IMG/VR virus record: IMGVR_UViG_3300042868_007692
Location: 9,165-73,164 of that record
Length of the DNA stretch: 64,000 bases
Direction: 5' to 3' (one strand)
From: a virus
This document shows, piece by piece, positions 7,458 through 15,185 of this stretch. A program made the translations under genes and the position numbers. The notes under the pieces are model-generated. The model worked only from the letters and a program-made list of their open reading frames with translations. It did no database searches and had not been told where the DNA came from. Position 1 is the stretch's first letter. Each line of letters opens with the position of its first letter.

Positions 7458-10178
7458 ATGGCTAAAATTTTGGTGTTAGCACCGTCAGGTTTCGGTAAGT
7501 CCACCAGTATAGGACAGATTCCAGAATTAGGAATTAAAGGGTTAACTCCTGAAGAGACTTTTCTTATTTCAGTAACTTCTAAACCTCTTCCATTTAAAGG
7601 GAGTGGTGCAGCATATCCAATATGCCAACCTGGAGATTTAAAATCAGGTAGAAGAATTATTACTGATGATGCAAAAGCTATATCAGAAATCTTCTTAGCT
7701 TTAGTTGCAAGTCCTTACAAGAATATTGTATGGGATGACAGTAACTATGTTATGCAGAATTGGTATATGGCTAATGCTTTAGCTAAAGGTTGGGATAGAA
7801 TGGTGTCCTCTTTCTAAGAAATTAGAAAGTAATTAAATTGGGCAAAAACGGTGAAAAGATTATAGATTTTTCATAAAAAATGTTTATATTTGTACAAAAT
7901 AAAATTGTATGAAAATAAATAATTATAATAAAGACTTCTTTAAAGAAATTGACACAGAACTCAAGGCTTACATTTTAGGTTATATTGTAGCAGATGGTTG
8001 TATAACTATTGAACACAGACCTTTAAAACCCAATAATCCTATAAAAAGAGTTCAGTTTCAACCTTCTATAGATGATTTACAAGTAATTACTTTGATCAGA
8101 GATGTTATTGCACCTACAAATAAGTTGACTATTGTCACTAATAAAAGAGAAGGTAACAGAAAAGATACAGTAAAACTTAGACTTGCGTGTACTGAAATAG
8201 TTAAAGACTTAATGACCCTTTACAATGTAAAACCTAGAAAAACTTATGATACAACTTTTAGATTTCCTAATATTAGAGAAGATTTAAAAAGACATTTTAT
8301 AAGAGGTTTTATAGATGGAGATGGTAGTATAGGTACAAGACATTTTTCTATGATTTGCAACTCAAAATTATTTGCAGAAGATATTTTAAAAGAATTTTTA
8401 AAAGCTATACCTAATTTGAAATACTATATTTATGATGAAAATAGAAGTCAAACTACTTATTATTCTTTACACTTTAGTGTAAATAAAAAATCAAGAGTTG
8501 ATTTATTTAATTTTATCTACAAAAACTGTAATTTCAGGTTAAATAGAAAGTATGAAAAAGCTCTCAATGCCGTGTTAAACAGTAACAGTAAAGAGTTATT
8601 GTCAATGTAACGCATAGGAACTGAAACTCTTAATAAGAGAATATAATGTTCCCAAGAGTGTCCAATACCTGACCAAATAAAGTTGAAGGTAAAAATGTAT
8701 GCTGACCTTACAGGAGATATAAGTACTGTAAGAACTAGAGGATAAAAAGCCTTTAGGATAACAAGGGTGGCCCCTAAACAAATTGGTTTTATGATGGGTA
8801 GAATCTTTGATGCTATTGAGAAGTTAGATGCTGCAGGTAAAAATGTAATCATCTTAGCTCATGGTGACAGTGTTCCTGGACCTGATGGTAGAATCTATAT
8901 GAAGTACAAATCTACAGGTAAGATGGTTGCTTAACATCAGCCATTATCTATCTAACTGCTGGGATACCCTAAAGCTCTATAAGCTACAACATAATTTGAA
9001 AAAGTAAGTGTGAATGCTAAAAATTATAGAGATGGCTAATGGGCAATCAGCAGCCAAGACCCTAAGACTTAAGATGTTATGGGTAAGGTTCACAGACTAT
9101 CCTCTGTTGTGGAGGAGTACAGAGAAAAGTGATTATTTTCTTTGGAAATGGTAGACATAAGTTTTGCATATAACCAGATGTTTTGTATATTTGTACTATG
9201 AAAACAGTGAAAATATATAAGCTTATAGACCCTACTTCATTAGAAGTAAGGTATGTAGGCAAGACAGAAAAAACACTAAAGCATAGACTATCTATGCATG
9301 TTACTACTTCAATCAAAAACAAAAATAAAACTCATAAAGAAGCTTGGATAACCGGGTTATCTTTTATGGGTTTTAGACCCTTAATTGAACTTATAGAGGA
9401 AGTTAATTTTGAAGATTGGCAAGAAAAAGAGATTTATTGGATAACTCAATTTGAAAACTTAACTAACACTTGTAGTGGAGGCATAGGAGGAACAGGTAGA
9501 GTATATTCAGAATCAGAAAGATTGCAAAGGTCAATTACTATGAAAAAGCTTATTGGTGAAGGTAAAATAGATTATACAGAAAGGGCACTAAAAATTTCTC
9601 AATCTCATAAAGGTAAAATATTATCTGAAATGACTAAAGAAAAATTAAGACAGTGCAATTTAGGTAAAAAACAATCTAGGGAACAAAAATTAAAAACAGC
9701 TAGAAAAGTAATAAGAATTGATAAAGAAAATAACAAAGTAGTGTTTGACAGTCTTGCAGAAGCAAGTATAGCTTTAGGTGCAAATACACAAAAACAAATA
9801 AGTATTTTTAGAGGAAATATTTGTACTGTGTGTAAAGGCAATTTAAAAAGCTATAAAGGTTATAAATGGCAATATTATGAAGATATAGTCGATTCCTTAT
9901 AGAAATATAAGGGTATGTTGTGTTAAGGATAATCTCTTAACTGAATAGCAACTTACAAACAAAGTGATGAGTATTTGACTGTAGAGGGTAAAGTAGACGT
10001 AACTCTTATTGGTATTAGTAGATATGATGCTACTGATAAAAAAGCAGTAAAAGAGTTCTTAACCAATGAAAATGAGCAATATTCTTCAGCTAAATCTCCT
10101 ATTGGAATGTTTGATAAACAATTCATTCCTAATGATTTAGGACATGTAGTAGAAAAAATTGCTGAGTATTATGGCTAG
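7458..10178 (+). CDS. P-loop AAA ATPase (AAA_24/Sak4-like), spliced: exons 7458-7796, 8770-8927, 9965-10178 (236 aa)
   Basis: Walker A APSGFGKST, Walker B VWDD. Spliced product reads KGWD|APKQIG..IILAH..STGKMV|DEYLTVEG..AKSPIGMF..IPNDL. Confidence 0.88.
7885..7892 (+). promoter_or_regulatory. TAnnTTTG -7 promoter element upstream of the LAGLIDADG ORF
   Basis: TATATTTG 16 nt before ATG 7909. Confidence 0.55.
7909..8610 (+). CDS. Intron-encoded double-motif LAGLIDADG homing endonuclease
   Basis: YILGYIVADGCI and FIRGFIDGDGSI. Confidence 0.92.
   Translation: MKINNYNKDFFKEIDTELKAYILGYIVADGCITIEHRPLKPNNPIKRVQFQPSIDDLQVITLIRDVIAPTNKLTIVTNKREGNRKDTVKLRLACTEIVKDLMTLYNVKPRKTYDTTFRFPNIREDLKRHFIRGFIDGDGSIGTRHFSMICNSKLFAEDILKEFLKAIPNLKYYIYDENRSQTTYYSLHFSVNKKSRVDLFNFIYKNCNFRLNRKYEKALNAVLNSNSKELLSM
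9163..9193 (+). promoter_or_regulatory. Bacteroidota-type promoter for the intron endonuclease
   Basis: TTTG 9163-9166, 19-nt spacer, TATATTTG 9186-9193, ATG at 9198. Confidence 0.7.
9198..9902 (+). CDS. Intron-encoded GIY-YIG homing endonuclease with NUMOD3-like repeats and C-terminal HTH
   Basis: KIYKLIDP..VRYVGKT..HRL; KISQSHKGKILSEMTKEKLRQCNLGKKQS. Confidence 0.9.
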   Translation: MKTVKIYKLIDPTSLEVRYVGKTEKTLKHRLSMHVTTSIKNKNKTHKEAWITGLSFMGFRPLIELIEEVNFEDWQEKEIYWITQFENLTNTCSGGIGGTGRVYSESERLQRSITMKKLIGEGKIDYTERALKISQSHKGKILSEMTKEKLRQCNLGKKQSREQKLKTARKVIRIDKENNKVVFDSLAEASIALGANTQKQISIFRGNICTVCKGNLKSYKGYKWQYYEDIVDSL

Positions 10179-10365
10179 TTTTCCTTGGATTGCAACCCTA
10201 TTAATAGGCTTTGTTGTTGGAGCTGTAATAGGAGTAGGTTTAGTAGCTTTAGTTTTTGATAAAAAACCTACTGAAAATCTTTGTCCAAGATGTGAAAATG
10301 AAACTGAAGAAGAAAGACAGTTGAAACAAGATTGGGCAGATCAACAAAAAGGATATATAAATTAA
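10171..10365 (+). CDS. Small membrane protein with CxxC
   Basis: Hydrophobic N-terminal helix WIATLLIGFVVGAVIGVGLVALVF; CPRC. Confidence 0.65.
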   Translation: MASFPWIATLLIGFVVGAVIGVGLVALVFDKKPTENLCPRCENETEEERQLKQDWADQQKGYIN

Positions 10366-10383
10366 TTTAAAACAGATATTATT

Positions 10384-10773
10384 ATGTCACAAAATGCAGA
10401 GCAACAAGCTCCATTGAGAATCACTATTAGTGAAGTAAAAGGTCTTTTAGACTTAGGTAAAAGCAGAAAAGAAATTGCTGACCATTATGGTAAAAGTATG
10501 GCAGAAATGCAAAGAACTGTTTGGAGTCATCCAAAATTGAAAAATCTTAAAGCTAAGAAACAATACACAGGTATTGAGCTTGAAGATGATACAGAAGATG
10601 CTCCTGTAGCTGAAGTGAGTGACCAAATTACTGATGCAGTAACTCAAGAAGTGGCTCATGTTCCTGGACCAGAGGCTAACCATGCTTTTGAAAACCAAGA
10701 AGAAATGGGAACTCAAGCTGTAGAAGAAAATGCTCCTGTAGCTACTGAGACAGTAGAAGAAACTTGGAGATAA
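10384..10773 (+). CDS. Protein with N-terminal HTH-like region and acidic tail
   Basis: LDLGKSRKEIADHYGKS resembles an HTH; E/A/T-rich C-terminus. Confidence 0.65.
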   Translation: MSQNAEQQAPLRITISEVKGLLDLGKSRKEIADHYGKSMAEMQRTVWSHPKLKNLKAKKQYTGIELEDDTEDAPVAEVSDQITDAVTQEVAHVPGPEANHAFENQEEMGTQAVEENAPVATETVEETWR

Positions 10774-10803
10774 GAATTGTTTAATTAATAAAAATAGGCT
10801 AAT

Positions 10804-11577
10804 ATGTCACAATTACAAGGATACGGATTTGTATCAGATTCAGATGAATCATTGAAAACTAAAACAGGTGCTAAATTTGGTGGTAACTTTGGTGTTGCTT
10901 TCTTAACTAAATTTGCTTACAGTGCAAATGTAGCTAAAGCAGGCCAAGAAGCTAGAGAAGCTATTGAGTTAGAAGTAACTGTAGGAGAAAGAGGTTACAA
11001 AGAATGGATTAACCCTGTAGATCAAGTAAAGGATAAGAATAATGTAGTAATTACAGACAAAAACTCTCCTGAGTACATTGCTGGGTTTAATGCTCTTATT
11101 GTTCAACAAAATGCTACAGTGACTCACTACTTGAAAGCAGTAGGTGTAACTGAAGAGGCTTTGAGAGCAGCATTTACAACGGCTCCAGTAAGTTTTGCAG
11201 ATTATGCACAAAGAATTTGTTCACTTTTACCTATTGGTTATGATAAAAAACCACTAGATTTGTTCCTTGAATATCAATGGAATTTTGGTAAGAAACAAGA
11301 TGGGTCTTTAAATGATAAGACTTATCCAACTTTACCAAAAAACATGAAAGGTGGTTACTTTATTGTTCCTGCTCAACCTGGAGTTTGGGTAGAAGCTAAA
11401 AGTGAAGATGGAAGATTAAGTTACAACAATTCTAATGGACAAAAACATCCATTTGAAAGAGATGCTAACTTTATGTCTTCTCACAAAGGTACTCAACAAG
11501 TAATGGGAGCTTCAGTAGCTGCAGCTTCTCCAATGGGAGCTATGACAGCAGCAGCTCCTGGTAATGGTTGGTCATAA
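10804..11577 (+). CDS. Putative ssDNA-binding/replication protein
   Basis: Lies between the AAA ATPase and primase; low-complexity tail ending in W. Function inferred from position only. Confidence 0.5.
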   Translation: MSQLQGYGFVSDSDESLKTKTGAKFGGNFGVAFLTKFAYSANVAKAGQEAREAIELEVTVGERGYKEWINPVDQVKDKNNVVITDKNSPEYIAGFNALIVQQNATVTHYLKAVGVTEEALRAAFTTAPVSFADYAQRICSLLPIGYDKKPLDLFLEYQWNFGKKQDGSLNDKTYPTLPKNMKGGYFIVPAQPGVWVEAKSEDGRLSYNNSNGQKHPFERDANFMSSHKGTQQVMGASVAAASPMGAMTAAAPGNGWS

Positions 11578-11609
11578 TTTAACATAACTTAAAAAATCCT
11601 CTTCTAAAT

Positions 11610-12638
11610 ATGAGCTTATTTCAATACAATTCAGATAAACTTGATAGAAGAGGATATATAAGTAAGGAAAGTATTTTGTCTTTAGTTACTCAAGAAGATG
11701 TATTTGAGTTAGTGTTCAAATTTAAACCTGAAGAATTTGAGTATGTAGTATCTCCTTTAAGAAATGATGATGTACCAGGATGTTGGTTTTCTTATCATGA
11801 TAATGGTACTCTCTATTTTGTAGACTTTGGTAATTCTAGGACTCATAGTGATTGTTTTAATATAGTCCAGGACTATTACAAATTTCCAAACTTCTATTTG
11901 ACTTTAGAATTTATTCATAACTCTTTAATTAGAGGTAAGACTGAATTAAAGGAAATAGAACCTAAAAAAATAATCCAAAAAGTATCCAAAGAAGGAGTCA
12001 AACTCTTAATAGAAGCAAGACCATTTAGTGAGCAAGATGGTTATTTCTGGTCTAAGTATGGTATTAGTAAAGCCAATCTAAAAGAAGACAGAGTTTTTCC
12101 TATTCATAGATTATATGCTTTGAATACTAAAACAGGAAGTCATGCTATTGAATGCAAAGATTTAGCATACAGTTACACTGATTTTCCTGAAGCTAGAAAG
12201 AAAATCTATTTTCCTTTAAGACAAGGAAAGAATAGGTTCATTACTAATTGTAATAAAGATGATGTAGGTGGCATCAACTCTCTGTCTCAATATAGTAAGC
12301 AACTTATTATTTCTAAAAGCTACAAGGATTATAGAGTACTTAAAAATAATGGAAAAAATGTAGTTTGGTTTCAAAATGAAGGTATGATACCCAATAATGA
12401 AATTATAAACAAATTGGTTAAACTTTATTCAGAAATTATTGTATGGTTTGACAATGATCAGCCTGGAATTATAGCTTCAGAAAAAGTCAAACAACATATA
12501 AATTCCATTATTCCAAGTAGAGCTAAAAATCTATGGCTACCTGAGAGAGGGTTAGAAATAGGGGTTAAAGACCCTTCAGATTGTATAGCTAAAGACCCTA
12601 TTTATTTTCAACAATTCTTAAAAGACTTTACAAAATGA
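11610..12638 (+). CDS. DnaG-type (TOPRIM) primase
   Basis: SPLRNDDVPGC..VDFG..SDCF N-terminal domain; ISKSYKD, WFDNDQPG, KDPSD. Confidence 0.85.
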   Translation: MSLFQYNSDKLDRRGYISKESILSLVTQEDVFELVFKFKPEEFEYVVSPLRNDDVPGCWFSYHDNGTLYFVDFGNSRTHSDCFNIVQDYYKFPNFYLTLEFIHNSLIRGKTELKEIEPKKIIQKVSKEGVKLLIEARPFSEQDGYFWSKYGISKANLKEDRVFPIHRLYALNTKTGSHAIECKDLAYSYTDFPEARKKIYFPLRQGKNRFITNCNKDDVGGINSLSQYSKQLIISKSYKDYRVLKNNGKNVVWFQNEGMIPNNEIINKLVKLYSEIIVWFDNDQPGIIASEKVKQHINSIIPSRAKNLWLPERGLEIGVKDPSDCIAKDPIYFQQFLKDFTK

Positions 12639-13174
12639 ATTTCAATCATATTCATTATTCTTGGAAACCCCTTCTAAGAGAATTTAATACAGATGCTTTT
12701 CTTTACTTTAAAAATGAAGTCCTTCCAAAAGAAAAATATTACCCTGAAGCTGATAAAGTTTTCAGGGTTTTTTCTATGCCTGTGTCAGCTATTAAAATAG
12801 TAGTTATTGGCTCATGGAAACACCCTAATATCAGAGAAATAGAAAAGCAAGGCTTATTCTGGCTACCTATTTCCTTAACACAAGGTGTAGATGTGGACCA
12901 CACAGAATATTGGGAGCCCTTCATTAAAAAGGTAGTGTATTTTATATCCAAGAGTAACCCTACTATTTGGATAATGCCTACAACAGAAGCACAAAGATTT
13001 ACAGCTAATCTACCTGTCAAATCTATATTTAATGTGCTAAGATATGATGATAGCCTTATTAATCAGATTCCCATCAATGTAGATTACAATTATGTGTTTA
13101 AAGGTATTTATGTAAATACTGAACACATAAACATCCTCCTAAAGAGATTAGGTAGGGAAACAATTAATTGGTAA
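12635..13174 (+). CDS. Degenerate family-1 uracil-DNA glycosylase homolog
   Basis: HYSWKPLL..YYPEADKVFRVFSMPVSAIKIVVIG matches the UNG N-terminus, but GQDPY is replaced by GSWKH. Confidence 0.65.
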   Translation: MNFNHIHYSWKPLLREFNTDAFLYFKNEVLPKEKYYPEADKVFRVFSMPVSAIKIVVIGSWKHPNIREIEKQGLFWLPISLTQGVDVDHTEYWEPFIKKVVYFISKSNPTIWIMPTTEAQRFTANLPVKSIFNVLRYDDSLINQIPINVDYNYVFKGIYVNTEHINILLKRLGRETINW

Positions 13175-13193
13175 TTTAATCTAGAAAAAAATC

Positions 13194-13943
13194 ATGAGTG
13201 AAGTACAAGCTCCGGTTACTACTGAAAGAGAAGTAACAATTTATGCCACTAGAGGTGGTAACATGAAAAAAATCATGACATCTGTTAAAACTTGGGGAGA
13301 ATTACAACCCTTAGTTAGAGGAGAAGGTTTTGATTTAGGTTCATTATTAGCTGCTGAGAACATCAACAAGACAGACCTTGTTAATGATTTAGCAATATTA
13401 CCTGAAGGAAACTTCAGATTATTCTTAAGACCAAAACAAACTAAGTCTGGTGCAACTCCTGATAGAAAAGAATGTTTTGCTATTATCAAAGCTCATTTAG
13501 CTGTTTACCCTAATGATAAACAAAAGTTTATCATTGATGGTAAAAACATGACTCAGTTATCTACTCCTGTAGTACAGGATTTAGTGGCTAAGTATTGTAA
13601 AGGTACTGATATTGCATCTGCTGTTGCTGAAGCTCCAGTTAAAGAGAAAGCTCCAAAAGCTGAAGTTGTAAAAAAAGTAGAAGATGTTGTAGAGTCTGTA
13701 AAAGAATCTAAAACTGAAAATACTCCAGCTACACCTCTTACAGATGCTGTGAGAGTTGAAGAAGCTTTAAAACTTATTGCTCCTTTATCAGGTTATGACT
13801 CTTATGCTAAAGTAGAAAAGCATTTGAATAGACTTTCTGATGAAATAGCTATTGCAAATGCTCCTGCTCCAGAAATGAAAGAAGAAACTGAAGAAGAGGC
13901 TTTAGCTAGAGAAGCTAGAGAACTGTCTGCAGGTTACAGATAA
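13194..13943 (+). CDS. Putative ubiquitin-like (beta-grasp) domain protein; Ubl ends at KSG86, followed by a 163-aa extension
   Basis: Strand-strand-helix pattern EVTIYAT..KKIMTSVKTWGELQPLV, final strand FRLFLRPKQTKSG; adjacent to JAB and E1 genes. Confidence 0.65.
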   Translation: MSEVQAPVTTEREVTIYATRGGNMKKIMTSVKTWGELQPLVRGEGFDLGSLLAAENINKTDLVNDLAILPEGNFRLFLRPKQTKSGATPDRKECFAIIKAHLAVYPNDKQKFIIDGKNMTQLSTPVVQDLVAKYCKGTDIASAVAEAPVKEKAPKAEVVKKVEDVVESVKESKTENTPATPLTDAVRVEEALKLIAPLSGYDSYAKVEKHLNRLSDEIAIANAPAPEMKEETEEEALAREARELSAGYR

Positions 13944-13950
13944 TATTAAT

Positions 13951-13986
13951 AAAGGGCTTATGTAATGTAAGCCCTTTTAATTTTTT
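13951..13986 (+). terminator. Intrinsic terminator after the Ubl gene
   Basis: AAAGGGCTTAT..TGTAAGCCCTTT stem followed by TAATTTTTT. Confidence 0.75.
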
Positions 13987-13991
13987 ATATT

Positions 13992-15185
13992 ATGTATATA
14001 GATGATCATCAATTACCATTTTATGAAGAAGTAGGTCAAATACTTCATAATGCTTTATTAATGAATACTCATAAAAACAAAGAATTTTTACAGTTTTTGT
14101 TTGATAAAGGTAAACTACAATTACATGGCTACCCTAATCCTAATCAAAAAGCTATCAATGAATTTTTTAGACTTTTAGATTTATTTGAAGCTAAATACAA
14201 AAGTTTTTATGACCTAGGTTTTCATACTAAAGATGGATACTTACAACCTTACTTTAAAGTCTTATATCCCAAGTTTACTATTGAAAATAGTGCAGGAGAA
14301 AGCCATCAAATAAGAGATTTAATAGTAGTTCATAGAATAGCTTATAATACAAATGAAGAAGGTCATATCTATACTAGAAAACCTTTAGGAGGCAGACTAA
14401 GTAAATTTAAACTAGAAGTAGTAGGAGGTTATCAACAAAGTCATTTAGGTTCTCATTCAAATTGGAAAAATGACCCTTTTTATACTTCAGAATTTTGTGT
14501 AGGTGGAGATACTGATGTAAGTAGAATGATAGCTGAATTTAAAGTAGAGATGGATTGGGACAGATATGAATTATACTTATTTTGTGTTGATTCTATGGTT
14601 ACTTGGGAGTCTTTAGAAGGTGTTCCTTATACAAAAATAAGAAATATTAAGAATGCTCTTAATAACCAGGTTACTTCTGTAGATGCATCTTATGTAAGAA
14701 GAGTTGTTGATAAAATTACAAAAAATGAAATTGCTTTAGATTTAGACTTTTACATAGAGAATGGTTTATACAGAATTAGACCTAATGAAAAAGCTAATGA
14801 GTTTATTAAAAATATAGTTTTACAAACTCTTACTTTTGAGCAATACAAAGAAATCTTAGTTAGTAGAGTACCTAATACTTTCAATGAATTTCTTCAAATG
14901 AAAGCTGAGCAAGATGCTCAACAAAACTATAAAATAAGTTATCCTACTAGATACACTATTTTTAGAGGCAAAAAAGTCTTTGCCAAAATACTTAAAGAAG
15001 ACACAAGAAATGAACCTGTTGTCTCTTTAGAAAACCTTATTGTTTATCCTAATTTTTTAAAAGATGTCCTTAGTCAACTTGAGTCAAGAATCTATAGCAA
15101 AGCAGTTACCCAGAGTGGAATTAAAATCTACAATTCCCTTGGTAATGCCAATAGAAGTATTACATCAGATTCAGTATCTGTGTAA
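13992..15185 (+). CDS. Putative prokaryotic E2-like (Ubl-conjugating) protein
   Basis: QSHL..SEFCVGG resembles the E2 HPN..xCL active-site region, followed by helices; lies between Ubl and JAB genes. Confidence 0.5.
   Translation: MYIDDHQLPFYEEVGQILHNALLMNTHKNKEFLQFLFDKGKLQLHGYPNPNQKAINEFFRLLDLFEAKYKSFYDLGFHTKDGYLQPYFKVLYPKFTIENSAGESHQIRDLIVVHRIAYNTNEEGHIYTRKPLGGRLSKFKLEVVGGYQQSHLGSHSNWKNDPFYTSEFCVGGDTDVSRMIAEFKVEMDWDRYELYLFCVDSMVTWESLEGVPYTKIRNIKNALNNQVTSVDASYVRRVVDKITKNEIALDLDFYIENGLYRIRPNEKANEFIKNIVLQTLTFEQYKEILVSRVPNTFNEFLQMKAEQDAQQNYKISYPTRYTIFRGKKVFAKILKEDTRNEPVVSLENLIVYPNFLKDVLSQLESRIYSKAVTQSGIKIYNSLGNANRSITSDSVSV

Larger units (their letters stand above)
7797..8769 (+). mobile_element. 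Group I intron 1 of the AAA gene (973 nt)
   Basis: Exon gggaT pairs with IGS Gtcct. P/Q AAAACGGTGAAA / AATGCCGTG, R/S GTAACGCATAG / ATGTATGCTG. Terminal G8769 (G8766 is a less likely in-frame alternative). Confidence 0.85.
8928..9964 (+). mobile_element. Group I intron 2 of the AAA gene (1037 nt, phase 2)
   Basis: P1 atggT/Gccat, P10 tgatg/catca. Core AACTGCTGGGA, AATCAGCAG, GTTCACAGACTA, AAGATATAGTC. Ends in G9964; the junction GT|T encodes Val. Confidence 0.92.
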
